From: Proteromonas lacertae
Lineage: Eukaryota
DNA: 50,314 nucleotides
NCBI GenBank assembly: GCA_002245135.1
Contig: NGBS01000910.1
Coordinates: forward strand, 1 to 50,314
Direction of reading: 5' to 3'
Below, piece by piece: positions 36,301-49,600 of this stretch. Within the stretch, counting starts at the first letter, position 1. Each line of letters opens with the position of its first letter. The notes under the pieces are model-generated. The model was given only the letters and a program-made list of their open reading frames with translations, did not search any database and was not told the DNA's origin. The translations under genes and the position numbers were made by a program.

Positions 36301-39300
36301 AGTCTTCGTATTTCTTCCTGTTTTTTTCTATTTTCTTCCCGTATTTGATTGATTTCTTTTTGTTTCTTTTCATCTTCAATTTCATCTAATATTACATTCT
36401 TTAATCTTTCTTTTAATTCATCACCACTTCCACCTCCATAAATTCCTCTTTTTCTTAATTCAAATCTTAATGCTAAATTTCCTCCTAAATCATATAATTG
36501 TTTGATTTGTTTAATTATTGATTGAATTAATTCATCACCTTCTAATCCTTCATAATTGATATCTAAATGTGTTAAATTATTGATTATATCTTGTTTTTGT
36601 TTTCTTGTTTGATATTCTTCATCTCTTGGTGGTTTATTCATATTTTCTATTCTTTCTTTTTCTTCTTTTTCCTTTTCCTCTTCTATTCTTGCTTCTTCTA
36701 TTTGTTCTTTATATTTCTCCACTGTTTTACCATAAGCATATTTTCCATACTGTCTAAAATCTCCTTCTCCACGATGAATATCTGGATAAATCTTATGTTT
36801 TTTAGCATGATAATGTTTCAACGGATTTTCTTTATTTTCACCTAATAAAGCACCACTGTAATTACTATCAACTTCAACACCACTCAATTCTTCATATAAA
36901 TCATCATATATATCAATTATCTCTTTTAATTCATCAATAAAGAAAGCTGTTCTTTCTAGTAATATATCATGACCAGCATTTGTCCATACTGAATAAATGC
37001 ATTTTCCTTTTACATTATTATTAATACAATCCTCTAAAGAATCTAAGGTTTTTACATTTGGTATTGAGTGTAGAATATAATCAGAATTAGTAGGGTAAAT
37101 CAACTGATCATTCACTGAACCTAGTATAAATACTGGTATATTTAAATTAGAGATTTTACTACATAAGTTTTCAGATTTTATTGCACATTTTAACAAAGGT
37201 ATTGCGGATTCATCTACACAATCACTATGAGTTGATTTCATCCAACTGAAACAGAGTCTTGAATACTGTTGCATTACTTTATCCAAGCCTTTTAATTGTA
37301 AATAATCTTGAGAAAATAACAAGTTTATTATATTATGATATCTTTCATTGATTGATGGATTTTTAACCATTTTTACTACATGTGTTAATGATTCATGTAA
37401 GTCTTCATCTATACAACAAAATGGATTTGAGAAAAAACATAATTTGATTGATTTTTGGAAATAGTATAAATTATCATCATTCTTTAAATTATTACACATC
37501 CAGTTTAATAATATATTAGATCCGTTTCCACAACCACAAACTAACCTCAAGCATTTTTGGTTATAACCCCAAATTTTTCGTTGAATAACCTCTTTTATAA
37601 ACTTGTGTAAAACAGATGATAGATATTTAGTGGATAATTCCTGTTTCTTTGGATATACAGAATAAGAATAACCTGGTAAAGAAGGGATTAATATTTTACA
37701 ATGAGAATAATCAACAACAAATGGATAAATTAATTTCTGTAATACTTCAGTTGGTTGAAAAAAGTCAGGAATTAATAATATTTCTACCATATTCTTAAAC
37801 TCTTTATCTTCAGTAACTTTATTATCTAACAATGAATAATTTAACATCACTTTATCATCATCACCTAATTCAATTACATTTAATTTCTCTTTCTCAATAT
37901 ATTTCAACATTTCATTCTTTTTATTTTCATATTCTTCTTCTTCATTATCTTCTTCACCTTCACCTTTATTAATATTATCAAAATTATTTGTATTATTCAA
38001 GCCTCCTACAGTTTGTCTTGTTCCAATAGCAGGTAATGATTGAGATTGTGATGTTTTTCTCATTTGATTCTGTTTCTTGTTTATTTCATCATAAGTTTTT
38101 TTAGTTTGTGGTCTTGACCAAGTTGCTACTTCATATGGTTCAGTTTCATTCAATGATGAGAATTTTGCAGATTCTTCTATCTCATTATAATGTTTTGCCT
38201 CTTCACGTGCTAATGTTCTTACTTTGGTGATTGTTGTTGTTGTTAATGGACGGATATTATTATTATTATTATTATTATTAGCTGTTGATGTAGATGCTTT
38301 TGATGATGTTGTTGATTCTCTATTCACTTTTGGTGTTTTTGAAATAGGTTTTTTATTATAACTGCTAGTATTTGGTCTTGAGTTTGTAGCACCACTAGTT
38401 GTATTTGGTCTGGATGTTGATACTGATGAAGATAACGTCATTCCTAAATTTTGTATATTTTCATCGAATATAAATTGTTCTAATTCTTCTGCACCGAATA
38501 AACCATCTCTATTACGTGGGAAATAGAGTGAAATCTCTTCAAATACTTCATTACTGACTCTCATTCCTACATTCTCTATACCTGGCTTTAAATCCTAAAT
38601 AAATAAATATCAATATTATATATACTGATATTGGAATATTACCTAAATTATTTGGATCAAAATAACTCATCAAATCATCAACTGTTAATGATGAGTCTTG
38701 ATCTAACGTGTTTCTCAAAGCAGTTTGTAGATTTCGTAATAATGTATAACCTGCTTCTTTTATTTCATCTTTTGGTAAGGAATAAATATTTAAAATCTAA
38801 TTTAATAATAATAATTATAATAATAATTAATATAAATACTTCTACATGGATTGGTTTACTAAACCAAACATAATGTTGATTATCTTCATAATATTCCATT
38901 TTTGCATTAATTACTCTGACTGTATGATTGTTAGTCTTTGGATCAATATGAGCATCTTCAATTACATGACATAATTTCTCAGTAATTCTTTCTATCGGAT
39001 TTTGAAGTTTTGGTGTTCTATTTTCTACTAAATGATCCTATTTAAAAATAAGTAAATAAATAATAATATTATACTTCAGAAGTACTATGATATTCACCTT
39101 CCAATATATTTATAAATGGAATACTCTCCTGTAAAGCAATTAATTCGTATAACCATGCTTTGTCATATGAGAGTTGTTTTAAAGATTGAAGTGTGATAGT
39201 TTGATGCTCTCCACTCACATACCATGCTATACAACATGGTAGTTCATCTATTAATTTGGTTGTTGCGTGTAAAGCGACTCTTTCATATAAATAATCTAAC

Positions 39301-39577
39301 ACATATTGTAATCTGTTATTAGGTGGAGCTTTAGTAGCTGATTTTTGTAGTGTATCCTTTTGTAAACCTTTATCTGGTAATGGCTTCTTATAAACAGTTC
39401 CATCTTCTTTTGATGATATCCATCGAATTGGATCTCCTGCTTTGAATAATATAACATCTGGTATTTTCATTTTTAGACTAACGAATCAAATAAGACTCTA
39501 TACGGTGTATCAGTTTTTCCACATGAACTCCATATGGACTGAAAAACCCATTCAGTACTAACTATTTCATTATCCAT
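30393..39577 (-). CDS. Giant (~3000 aa) multidomain protein: EF-hand-like pair, alpha/beta-hydrolase fold, SAP motif, coiled coils, four ~75-aa internal repeats, two IQ motifs, K/E-rich tail
   Basis: The 2723-aa ORF extends by GT-AG introns to ATG 39577. Motifs: YFDPNNLGNI / FPRNRDGLFGAEEL; LVCGCGNGSNI and AGHDILLE; LRFELRKRGI..GSGDELKERLK; IKIQSYIRGHLGRK and ICIQRVYRGHVDR. Confidence 0.8.
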
Positions 39578-39666
39578 TGTGTTTTATGAATTTGAATAAA
39601 ACGAAAAAAAATTCTGGTGTTCCAAACTTTTCAATCAAAAATAATTTTCATTAATTCTATAACAAA

Positions 39667-40449
39667 ATGGTATATAAATACATAATAAATATTTCATTAC
39701 AATTTTCTTATATTTATAGTCTATGTCAAAAAGTAGTAAAATGCTAAATTATATTAATTACAGAATGAGAGTAACAATACAAGATAGGTATTTTATTTAT
39801 GTTTATTAAAATCTAGTCGAACCTTAGTAGGAACATTCCTTGCATTTGATAAACATATGAACATGGTTTTAGCAGATTGTGAAGAATTTAGAAAAATAAA
39901 TACAAAAAAAGGCCCATCGCAAACAATTCCAGGAATAGTAGAAGAACGAGAGGAAAAAAGAACACTAGGATTAGTAATTTTAAGAGGTGAGAATGTAGTT
40001 AGTTTACAAGTAGAAGGACCACCTCCATCAAATAGACCATCATCCTTTTTGTCTGCTGGACCAGGTACTGCTACAGCAGCTGGAAGAGGAATGGGAATTA
40101 TGGGAGGTATGCATATTATTTTATATATTTTGTTTATATAGGACCTCCAAGAGGTTTAGCAGGTCCAATAAGAGGATTAGGAGGACCAAATGCAGCTATG
40201 ATGACACCTGGTCAAGTGATAACTCAAGCTGGACCAGTACCAGCCAGAGGACAGATGCCACCAATGCCACCAATGGGTATGCCAGGTATGCCACCTATGG
40301 GAATGATGCCTCCTGGAATGATGCCACCTCCGCCAGGTATGGGAAGAGGAATGCCACCAGGTATGCCAGGTATGATGCCACCCGGAATGGGAAGAGGTAT
40401 ACCTGGAATGCCAGGAATGCCTGGAATGCCACCACGTGGACCTCAATAA
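39667..40449 (+). CDS. SNRPB: Small nuclear ribonucleoprotein SmB/B'
   Basis: [51 protein letters not shown]...[26 protein letters not shown] and a PPGM/GRG-rich tail; three introns. Confidence 0.95.
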
Positions 40450-40603
40450 AATGTATCTTATGTTATAATGTTTTATGGGGAAGAGAAAATACTTGCACTC
40501 ATGTAATTTTGAGTTTGCTTCGAAAATTTTTAAAAATAACTGTTCAGAGAAATAAAAGCTTGAAGACTTGATTGATGTTGTATAACGATTATTGTAGTTT
40601 TTC

Positions 40604-43600
40604 ATGTTATTCTTATTATTCTTATTTTGTACGGCTGCTTCAGCATTAGAAACGAGATATTTTATATCTACTGAATCAATTTATCCTAGTGGTTTTAACT
40701 TAATCTTGACTTACTATGAAACATCGACAGATATTAAAATAGAAAAGTATAACCCAACTCCACCCATTACAAATAATAATTTAAATGAGACCATTGTACA
40801 GTTTAAAAAAGACCACTCAGATCAGGATATGTTCTTTGCTTATCTTCCTGATGTTAATATGACATTCCTTAATATTATAGCAGAGCAGCAAAATATATAT
40901 ATATGGAACGCTATGAACACTGAAGTGGAAGTTTGTTATTCAAAAATAATTTCTGGTTATTACACAACAACCAGTTCTTTGAGATGTATATATTTATAAC
41001 CATATTATATATCAATAGGTTCTGATGCTAATGATAATACTATTCTTGATAGTGCTTTTGTCATTGATGAAACATTAGAAAATGGGTTGAAAGAACACAT
41101 TAAAACGGCTTTTACTTATCTTAGAGCTTATAAACAAGATATGGTAATTTCAAAAGACACCGAAGTCACTGCAGTAGTGAATAAAATAAAAGAAAGAATT
41201 ACTCAAGCCGATTGTACTGAGTTTGACATCTATTATTTTTCAAAAGAAGATACTATTCGTACTGCAATCAAAGCAAAAATTAATAGTGCTGGTCTTGCTG
41301 CAGATGAAATTAAAAAAATTATCTATGTTTTTACACCAGTATATGGAAGAGAAAAAGTATTGGGTGTTTTAGAAAATGATGGTAGTTTTATGATATCTGA
41401 AGCATTGTTATTATCTGACGTTTTTCTTACAAAACTTCAAACAGCTAATGGTGGAACTAAGCCATCTAATAAACAATTTAGTTTAGAATCAATAGTTTTA
41501 TACCAACACATTAACTTATACTATCAAATAGGAGAAAAGCTTGAGGATTTTTCGAGCACAAGTGATATATTATATACAGGATATAAACAAGCCAATTTTA
41601 AAGTTGATGGAATGACATTTGGTATTAATCCTGGTAATATTTTGATTTCTGATGTTTACAGTGGTGCATTGAAAAGCAGTGAAGCTAATTATTTAGATGA
41701 AGATACAGTTAGTAAAATTAGTTTATCATCTGATGTTTCTTATTCATTCTTAAATGGAATACCAAAAGATACTATTTGTAATGTATTAGAATCTCAAACT
41801 GCATACAAGCCTGATGTAATTTATGTGGCATTAATGACATATAGAGTAAAAATTAGTGGAAATCAATTTGCTCCATTTGAAAAGAATGTTATTAGTTCAT
41901 TTACTGCTGCTATTGATTATTTTAATAAAAATGTATAGTTATATTTTCATTTTAATATTATTATTATATATAGAAACCAGTCTTGAATAAACCAATAGTT
42001 CCAATTTATATTGATTTATCTATTACACCACAAGAGGTATTTGAAGAGTTTAAGGATTATGCTAGTAGATTCAATATTGTTGGTATATTTAGCACTGCTG
42101 AAGCTGAACATATGAATAGTTTTCTATCTTTATTGAATGATGATGGTACTATTGATTATTTATATATTCATGTTACACCTGAAGCTGGTAATACTTGTAG
42201 AAAGAATGTTTTATCTATATCCTTTTAATTTTTTTATGTTTATTTTTCTTTAATTTCTATGTAAGGAGCTAGTATTTATTCATTATGGAAATATGGTTTA
42301 CAAACCTTAAAGACAACTACAGGAATTACAAACTTATATATAGTAAGAACACTTGGTTATTTTTCAACCAATACATTTTACAGTATTACAAACCTAACTC
42401 AAACTATTGGTGGATTTAATATTATCGATAATTACTTAGAAAGATCCAATACTGAGGTTCAAGCTGCTAATGCATGTCAATTATTGAGTAGTGCTTGTGA
42501 AAAAGCTGATCCTGATGGAGGTGGTAGATGTATTGTTGTGAATATAATGGAGAGAGATTACCACTCATTATTCTTCCAGAAATATAATGAAAATAACAAA
42601 TTATCGCCTCAGAATCAACCTGTTGTGTCATTCACATTAGATGAAGCTGTAATGGAATCTAATTGGACTATTGTATATTAAATTTATTTATTTATTATTT
42701 AGTATGATGGTCATTATGTTATTAATTATTACTTTGATTCATTAGATACTTTTAAAGCTGAAGAGTATAAGGGAAGAATGATAAATTCGTCTGTAATAAA
42801 ATCATATAATACAACTACAGCAACAACTGCATTTGCATATTCATCATTATTCTTATTAGCAAATGTATAAATGTTATATATTATTGATTGTATTATTTTT
42901 TTTTATAGAGTATTGAAATTGCTCGTTCTACTAATCATGATAGTATAAACCAAATGATTGTTTATTCACGAAGTATTGAAGGACCTGGAGGAAGAGTTGA
43001 ATGGAATTCACAAGGTAATATCAACTGTGAATTGCATTTAGGTAAAATCAATGCAACTAATAATCAAATCGAATCAGTTTCAACTTCCTTGTATATTGAA
43101 CAAACTAATGCTTATATGGATATAAAGAAAAGATGTACTTGGCTTGATGGAACTGATACAATCACTCAATTCTATGAAATTGTGTTTTTGTATGTTACTG
43201 ATGATTATTTTAAAGATTATATTGATGAATATACCAATTATGCTAATGTTATGATTGCCAATTTCAACAATGATGATGGTATAAACCGAAGACTTTTACA
43301 AGGAACAATACATACATTTGACACTATTGCTGCATTGAAAGACTATGTGGAAAAGAATGCAAATGACAGTAATATATTAGCATTTATAGGAACTACAACA
43401 AACGAACAAAGAGATGCAATTCATGATATTTTAGTGAAATATGATAAATTATTATTCAGTGTACATCCAAGTGAAGGTGAAAGATGTTATGATAATATAA
43501 TTCAAGTAGGAAGATATCCTAATCATTATGCTATTGCTCTTTCTGCATTTGCTTGGCATTCCTCACCATCTAGAAAGTGTGCGATTGTTGTGGCTGATAG

Positions 43601-46600
43601 TAACTTTACTAAGAATGTAGGTGAAATGGTATATCAAACTATATCGACTGTTGAATTAATGAATTGCTCGATTTATACTATTACTGATGAATATAAGATA
43701 GATAATTTTACTACTGATATTACGAATTATACTGATGATAATATGCTTATATTTACATTGTTAGGAGGTAAAATTAATGACTTATTAGGAAGTATGAAAG
43801 AGAATAACTTAACATCTGATGTTTATACTGTTGTTTCTTTAGATTCATTACCAACCTTTGTTACAACTGAAGACGATAGATGGGTAGGTCATTACATTTT
43901 AACATCTTATCTTTATACTGAAGTAAACGATGCAAATGATGTTTTAGTTAAGACATTCTCAACTGCATTTGGTAATAGTGATAGATTATTGAATGAACAT
44001 TCAATTAATATGTATTCAGCTTTAACTATGTTAAAAACTGCATATGAACAATCTACTCAGAAAGTATTAAGTGAAATCAAAAGACAGTTGAATCAATTAA
44101 CACAATCATTACCAATTGGTACTATTTCTGTTAATGCTGATAATTGTTTTTCTAACTTTTATGTTATAATGCAAGTGAATGAAACATATGGATTTGAAAT
44201 TAAATTGAGTAATTTAAGTCCAATGAAATTATCACCATATTTAACATATGTATATTTTATCTTATTTATGTTAATTATAGAGAGCTGATGGTAAAAACGA
44301 AACTTGTGAATTATCATCTTCATCATCAGATACTTCATCAATTGTTATAGTAGTTATAATCAATGAAAATGAAGAAACTATCTTCTTCTTAATGAATCAA
44401 TATATGGTAAATAACAATGAATTAGATACTTCAATTGTATTGGTCAAATATTATTGTGATAATGTTACAGCCAGTGATATTACTGAATCTCAAATTGTAG
44501 TTACTTCTTGTAGTATTGAGTATCAGAATAAATATATCCAAGATAATCCAGATTTATTATTAATATCACTTGTTAATAAAGATGAAGATGTTTGTAATAA
44601 TAGAATGTATATTTTAATATATATTTAAAATAGTATTGAATTAGGATCTTTCCCTAGTCAAAGAATTATTCCATATATTTCATACTTTATGTCTTACTTC
44701 AATCCAAATACAATGGTATTAGTAAGTAGCACATTAATTGGTACAGCTGAAGATACATTATTGAATAATACAATTGAAAATATGGGTGGTTTTATTAAGA
44801 ATTATATCGTTATTAATGAATCGAATATAGAAACTGCTTTGGAAGATATTCAGAATTTCGTTAGTTCATATAAATTATCAATTCCTGATGGTGGTGTTTT
44901 CTTAAACTATTTAACTAATCAAGAATGCCATGATGAAGTATTTAAAGTCTACAATCAATCAATGATGAATGATTATAAAAGTGTAGAAGAAGCATCATTA
45001 GATTTCCCTATAATCAGTTGGCAAAAAGAATATTTCATTGATTTAGATCCAAAGTTAAAAGTTGGTCATTATGTTATTGCCTCTTTACATGCTGATGAAA
45101 CAACAGCACCTAAGATCTTCAATATTGGTGTTAATCTCTTTGGTGAAAATTATTTAGTTCCAAAGGTTGAATCTAGAGCAATAGTAGCCTATGAAATATT
45201 AATTGAAGTATATATTTCAACTCAAGATTTTAGTAAGGATTCTGTTTACAAATATATTAATTCTAATAAGTTGTCCACATCATTTGGTGAAGTAGAAATA
45301 TCAGAAGATGATACTACAATTCCATTCCCAATAACTACACTTACAAGTGATATAAATGGAGATTTGACTATCAAACAAACACTGACACTTGATTGGCCAG
45401 CTGAAAGTTTCAGACATACATTTAATCTAGAACAATATACAATTTGTAGTAAAGAGATAGGTAGTAATTATACATATCCATCTATAAAAGTTCTTATTCT
45501 TAATCCCATTCTCTGGTGATTATACTTTCTTAAGTAATGAAATGATTAATGGATATTTAGCTGCTGTAGATTATATTAATCAACATGATAAAGGTATTCA
45601 TGGAATGATGGTTATTCCTGAAGTTATTAACATTGCAAATGATGTTGAGATTGCAAAGTATTCATTAGCAAGAGCTGTCAATGAATCAAAAACATTAATT
45701 GTCTTTGGATCATCCATTACAGAGATTAGAAAAGAAATAATAGAAGATTTGGAAGATAATGGACTGATTTTATTCTATCCATTCTTATATGAAGGTTATG
45801 AATGTAGTAAAAATATTATCTACATGAATTCACCATTTACTGAATATATATTACCAACAATATCTTATGTCTATAGAAGTTTAAGTAGTGATATATTTAT
45901 ACTATACACTGATAATGAAAGAAACTCAATGGATGCTGCAAATGCAGCAGAAGAGTTAAAGAAAAGAGGTATAAATGTTATTAGAAGTTTAAGAATACCA
46001 GTGGATCAATATCAAATGAATATTATATTGAATATCATTGTTAATGAAATGAAACAAGGTGTTATATTGTCATTCTTAGAAGGAGATTCCAATTACTGAT
46101 TTCTTAATAGAATTAAAGTCAAAATATAATTCTGACACTTATAAAGTTGTTTCATTTAATTTAGGAATTATCTCAAGTGATAAATGAATCATTATGGCAG
46201 TATTATGATGGTCATTATTTCGTGAATGGTTTACATAAAGAATTATTCAAAGATAAAACAATCATTGATATTGCAAATAATCGTTATTCGTTTATTACAG
46301 AACAACCTGCTCCATTACCATTATTATCTGTAGTGATAGCTGCAAGAGCTTTAGGAAGTGTAGAATTCAATCAAAGTGAAGAAATACCTTATACATTTGA
46401 TGCATTCTTTGAAGCAATTCATAAGGTTGATGTTAGTGATATTGTTGAAAATGTAACTATTAATTCTAATAATCAATTATCATTCTATATGGATTTAATT
46501 AGAGTAACATATAATGCAGAGGATAAAACTCATACTGAAGAAATCATTATAAATATTAATCATAAAACTGATATAAATCCATTATTCTACTCAATACAAT

Positions 46601-49600
46601 AATAATGGAAATATGTATTATTGTGAATGGAGTGTTAAAGCTAATACCACTGGTAGTAAATTAAAAAGTAATAGTAGAAATGTCGCTTTATTATATGCAA
46701 TAACTGGATCAAATAGTGCTCATGAATTACTGACATTAGATGTGATGATTGGTGAAATTGATACAATGAATATCTTAAATGAAATAGAGAATTTAACTTT
46801 GAATTATATAATATATGATGTAAGTGTAGAAAGTGAAATTGAACAGAAAGCTATTGAAATTGCTAAAGATCCTTCAATTGTATTAGTAATAGGATGTTCT
46901 AACAATTACTGTAGAAAAACTGTATCAGAAGCATTTGAGAAAACTACAGTAGAAGGAGTAGAAAAAAAGAAATTGTGGTATCCAGCAACATCTGAAGGAC
47001 AAGAATGTAAAGAGAATGTATATTATACAGGTTTAGTTCCCAATTTATATGCTAAACAGTTATCTTCATTTATTGATCAAACATCTGTTGCTAATAACAT
47101 ATTTTTAATTGGAATGAATGATGAAAGTGATAAAGGTGGTTCATCAAGTGTTTTATTCAATATTTAAAGATTTATATACAATGATTGGAGAACCTGTTTA
47201 TGTATCTAGTGGTAAAGGAACAACTTATACATATGTAGATGATTTAATCACTAATCATGCTGAAGGTGCCATTGTTATTAGCACTTTAGATTATGAAACA
47301 ACAATTGATTTTATTAATTATTTTGATACTATGGTTTATGAAGAGAATAAATACATGATTGTGACTATTACACAAGATAGAGATATTACTACTTCATTAA
47401 AGTTAACTGGAGGATTTGTTCAGAATTATATTTGTGGTTCATTCTTTGATGAAATAGCTCCAGAATGTGATTATTTAAAATCAGTTAAATATCATTATGG
47501 TAATGTAATAACAAATGAATTAGCTCATAGTTCATATTTAGCATTGAAGTTCTGGGCAAAATCTCAATTACCCAATTCACAATTATATTCTTCTGAGATT
47601 AGTGGTTGTACTAGTGCAGTGATGATGTTTTCAAGTAACCATATTTCCTTGCCATATTATATTATGCAGATCAATAAAGACTTATCATTAACAGTAGCAT
47701 ACAGTCAAACTAGAATACAAGAACCTCAAGCTTGGAATTGGGAAATTGAAGGATTTGATGGTAAAATTTGTGATTTCTCTAATGCTAATGTTGGTAGTCA
47801 TAGGTAGTGTTGATACAATTACAGTTGTTGTTGCTTTATCAGTCAAGTGGCTCTTATAGAGATTATGATATGTATGTGTTGAATATCTTTGAATTATTAA
47901 TATCAGAAATAAATAATAGAAATGGTGGTTTATTAGGAACAAGAGTTATTGTTCAATCTTATGATATTGAATCAAATGATAATACTTGCAATGTTTTATT
48001 ATCTGCATATTTGGAACAAGTTATTAAAGGAAGAGGTGTTATATTTACTACAGCTACAAGTGCTTGTATTCAATCTATTGCAGACTTATTACGTGAGAAA
48101 GATATTCCATTATTCCAAGTAGGTTATACAGGTGGTGAATCATGTTATGAAGATGTATATAATGCAATGAAAGAACCCAGTTTTATTGATAGAATTATTG
48201 ATTATATTATGGAACCTACACAGCCAGAAACATTGAACTTTTGTACTATTACAACAAACGATGAAATTGGTATTAGTTATTATAATTATATTACAAAATA
48301 TTTGAATTTTGTTGGTGCTAATAGTTTATATACAAATAATGCTATTTCTTTAGATATTGAATCATTTGATGAGATTGTTAATATATTGATATCAAAAGCT
48401 AAGAATGGCTGCTATTTGTTATTTGTTGGTCCTCCAAATATTCATGTGTTATTGGATAAATCAATTACATCTTTAAGTTCAGATTATAAAAGATATCCAA
48501 TTGTATCATTTACAACTGCATCTAATGCTGGTGCTGAAGGAGTTAAACCATTCTATTCTGCTCAAACATATTTCACTAATTTAGATAATCCAGAAAATGT
48601 TGCTTTTAAAGAGAATATGTTATCTTTAAGTACTTATGCTACTGAGATTATGTATACAAGTTTTGTAATGTGTAATATCTACTTACAAGCAGTTCATGAA
48701 GCTGAATCAACTAGTTCTGATGCATTAAGAAGTGTATTGTATAGTATAGATTATAAATCACCCAGTGGAGGAAATGTTAAAATGTTTACCAACAATTTCA
48801 TGGAGCAATATATTGTGTATGGCAAATTAAAGGAAAATGATCCAGAATTTGGTTTTGATGTTATTTTTACATCAGCTGAACTTCATGAGCCGCAAATCTA
48901 TAAACAATGGATCAACGATGGTAGTTATATATGTAATTTTGAAGATGCATCAATTGGTGATTATTATCAAGAAGCAACTACAACAATTGGTGTTATTACT
49001 TCATTTAGTGGTGAATATAATACAACTGAAAGATCAATTGCACAAGGTATTATTGTCGCAGTTGATGAACTAAATGCTAATGGTGGTATATTAGGAAAGA
49101 AAATACAAATATTAATCAGAGATGCACAATCTAAAGCTGAGAAGTATTTACAATATGGTCAAGAATTCACAAGATTGGATGAAGTTACAGCTGTATTTGG
49201 TGCTGGTAGAGCTGAAATTAATGATATGTTAGTTCCATATTTTGATCAAAATAAGAAGTTATTCTTCTATCCTGGTTTATCATTAAGTGAATCATGTCCA
49301 CAATATACATTTGGAACGCAATTAACAATTAATCAGTTAGTAAATGGTGTATGGAAACAAGATATTACCTTATACACATAATGTATATATTATACAAGGT
49401 GATTCTAAGTGGAGTTTACAGTTTAGTAATGCCTTGCAAGCATTGTGTAATCAGATACAATTGAATTTACATGTTTATAACTTGACAGAAATAATAGAAA
49501 CTAAAACAGTTCCTGAAAGTTTTGATTATAAGAATTTAGATAGAAATTCATCTGTTATTTTAGCTGTGTCTGAAGATAGATAATTATAAAGCATTTAATT

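Noticed and set aside
30431..36845. Many plus-strand F/L/S-rich ORFs, and similar antisense ORFs elsewhere
   Set aside because: Shadow ORFs of K/E-rich coding sequence on the opposite strand.
40240..40440. GC-richer tandem CCAGGAATG-like repeats
   Set aside because: This is the normal PPGM-rich tail of SmB.
1561..40449. Blastocystis-style stop codons completed by polyadenylation
   Set aside because: Every gene end I could trace has a complete genomic stop codon.
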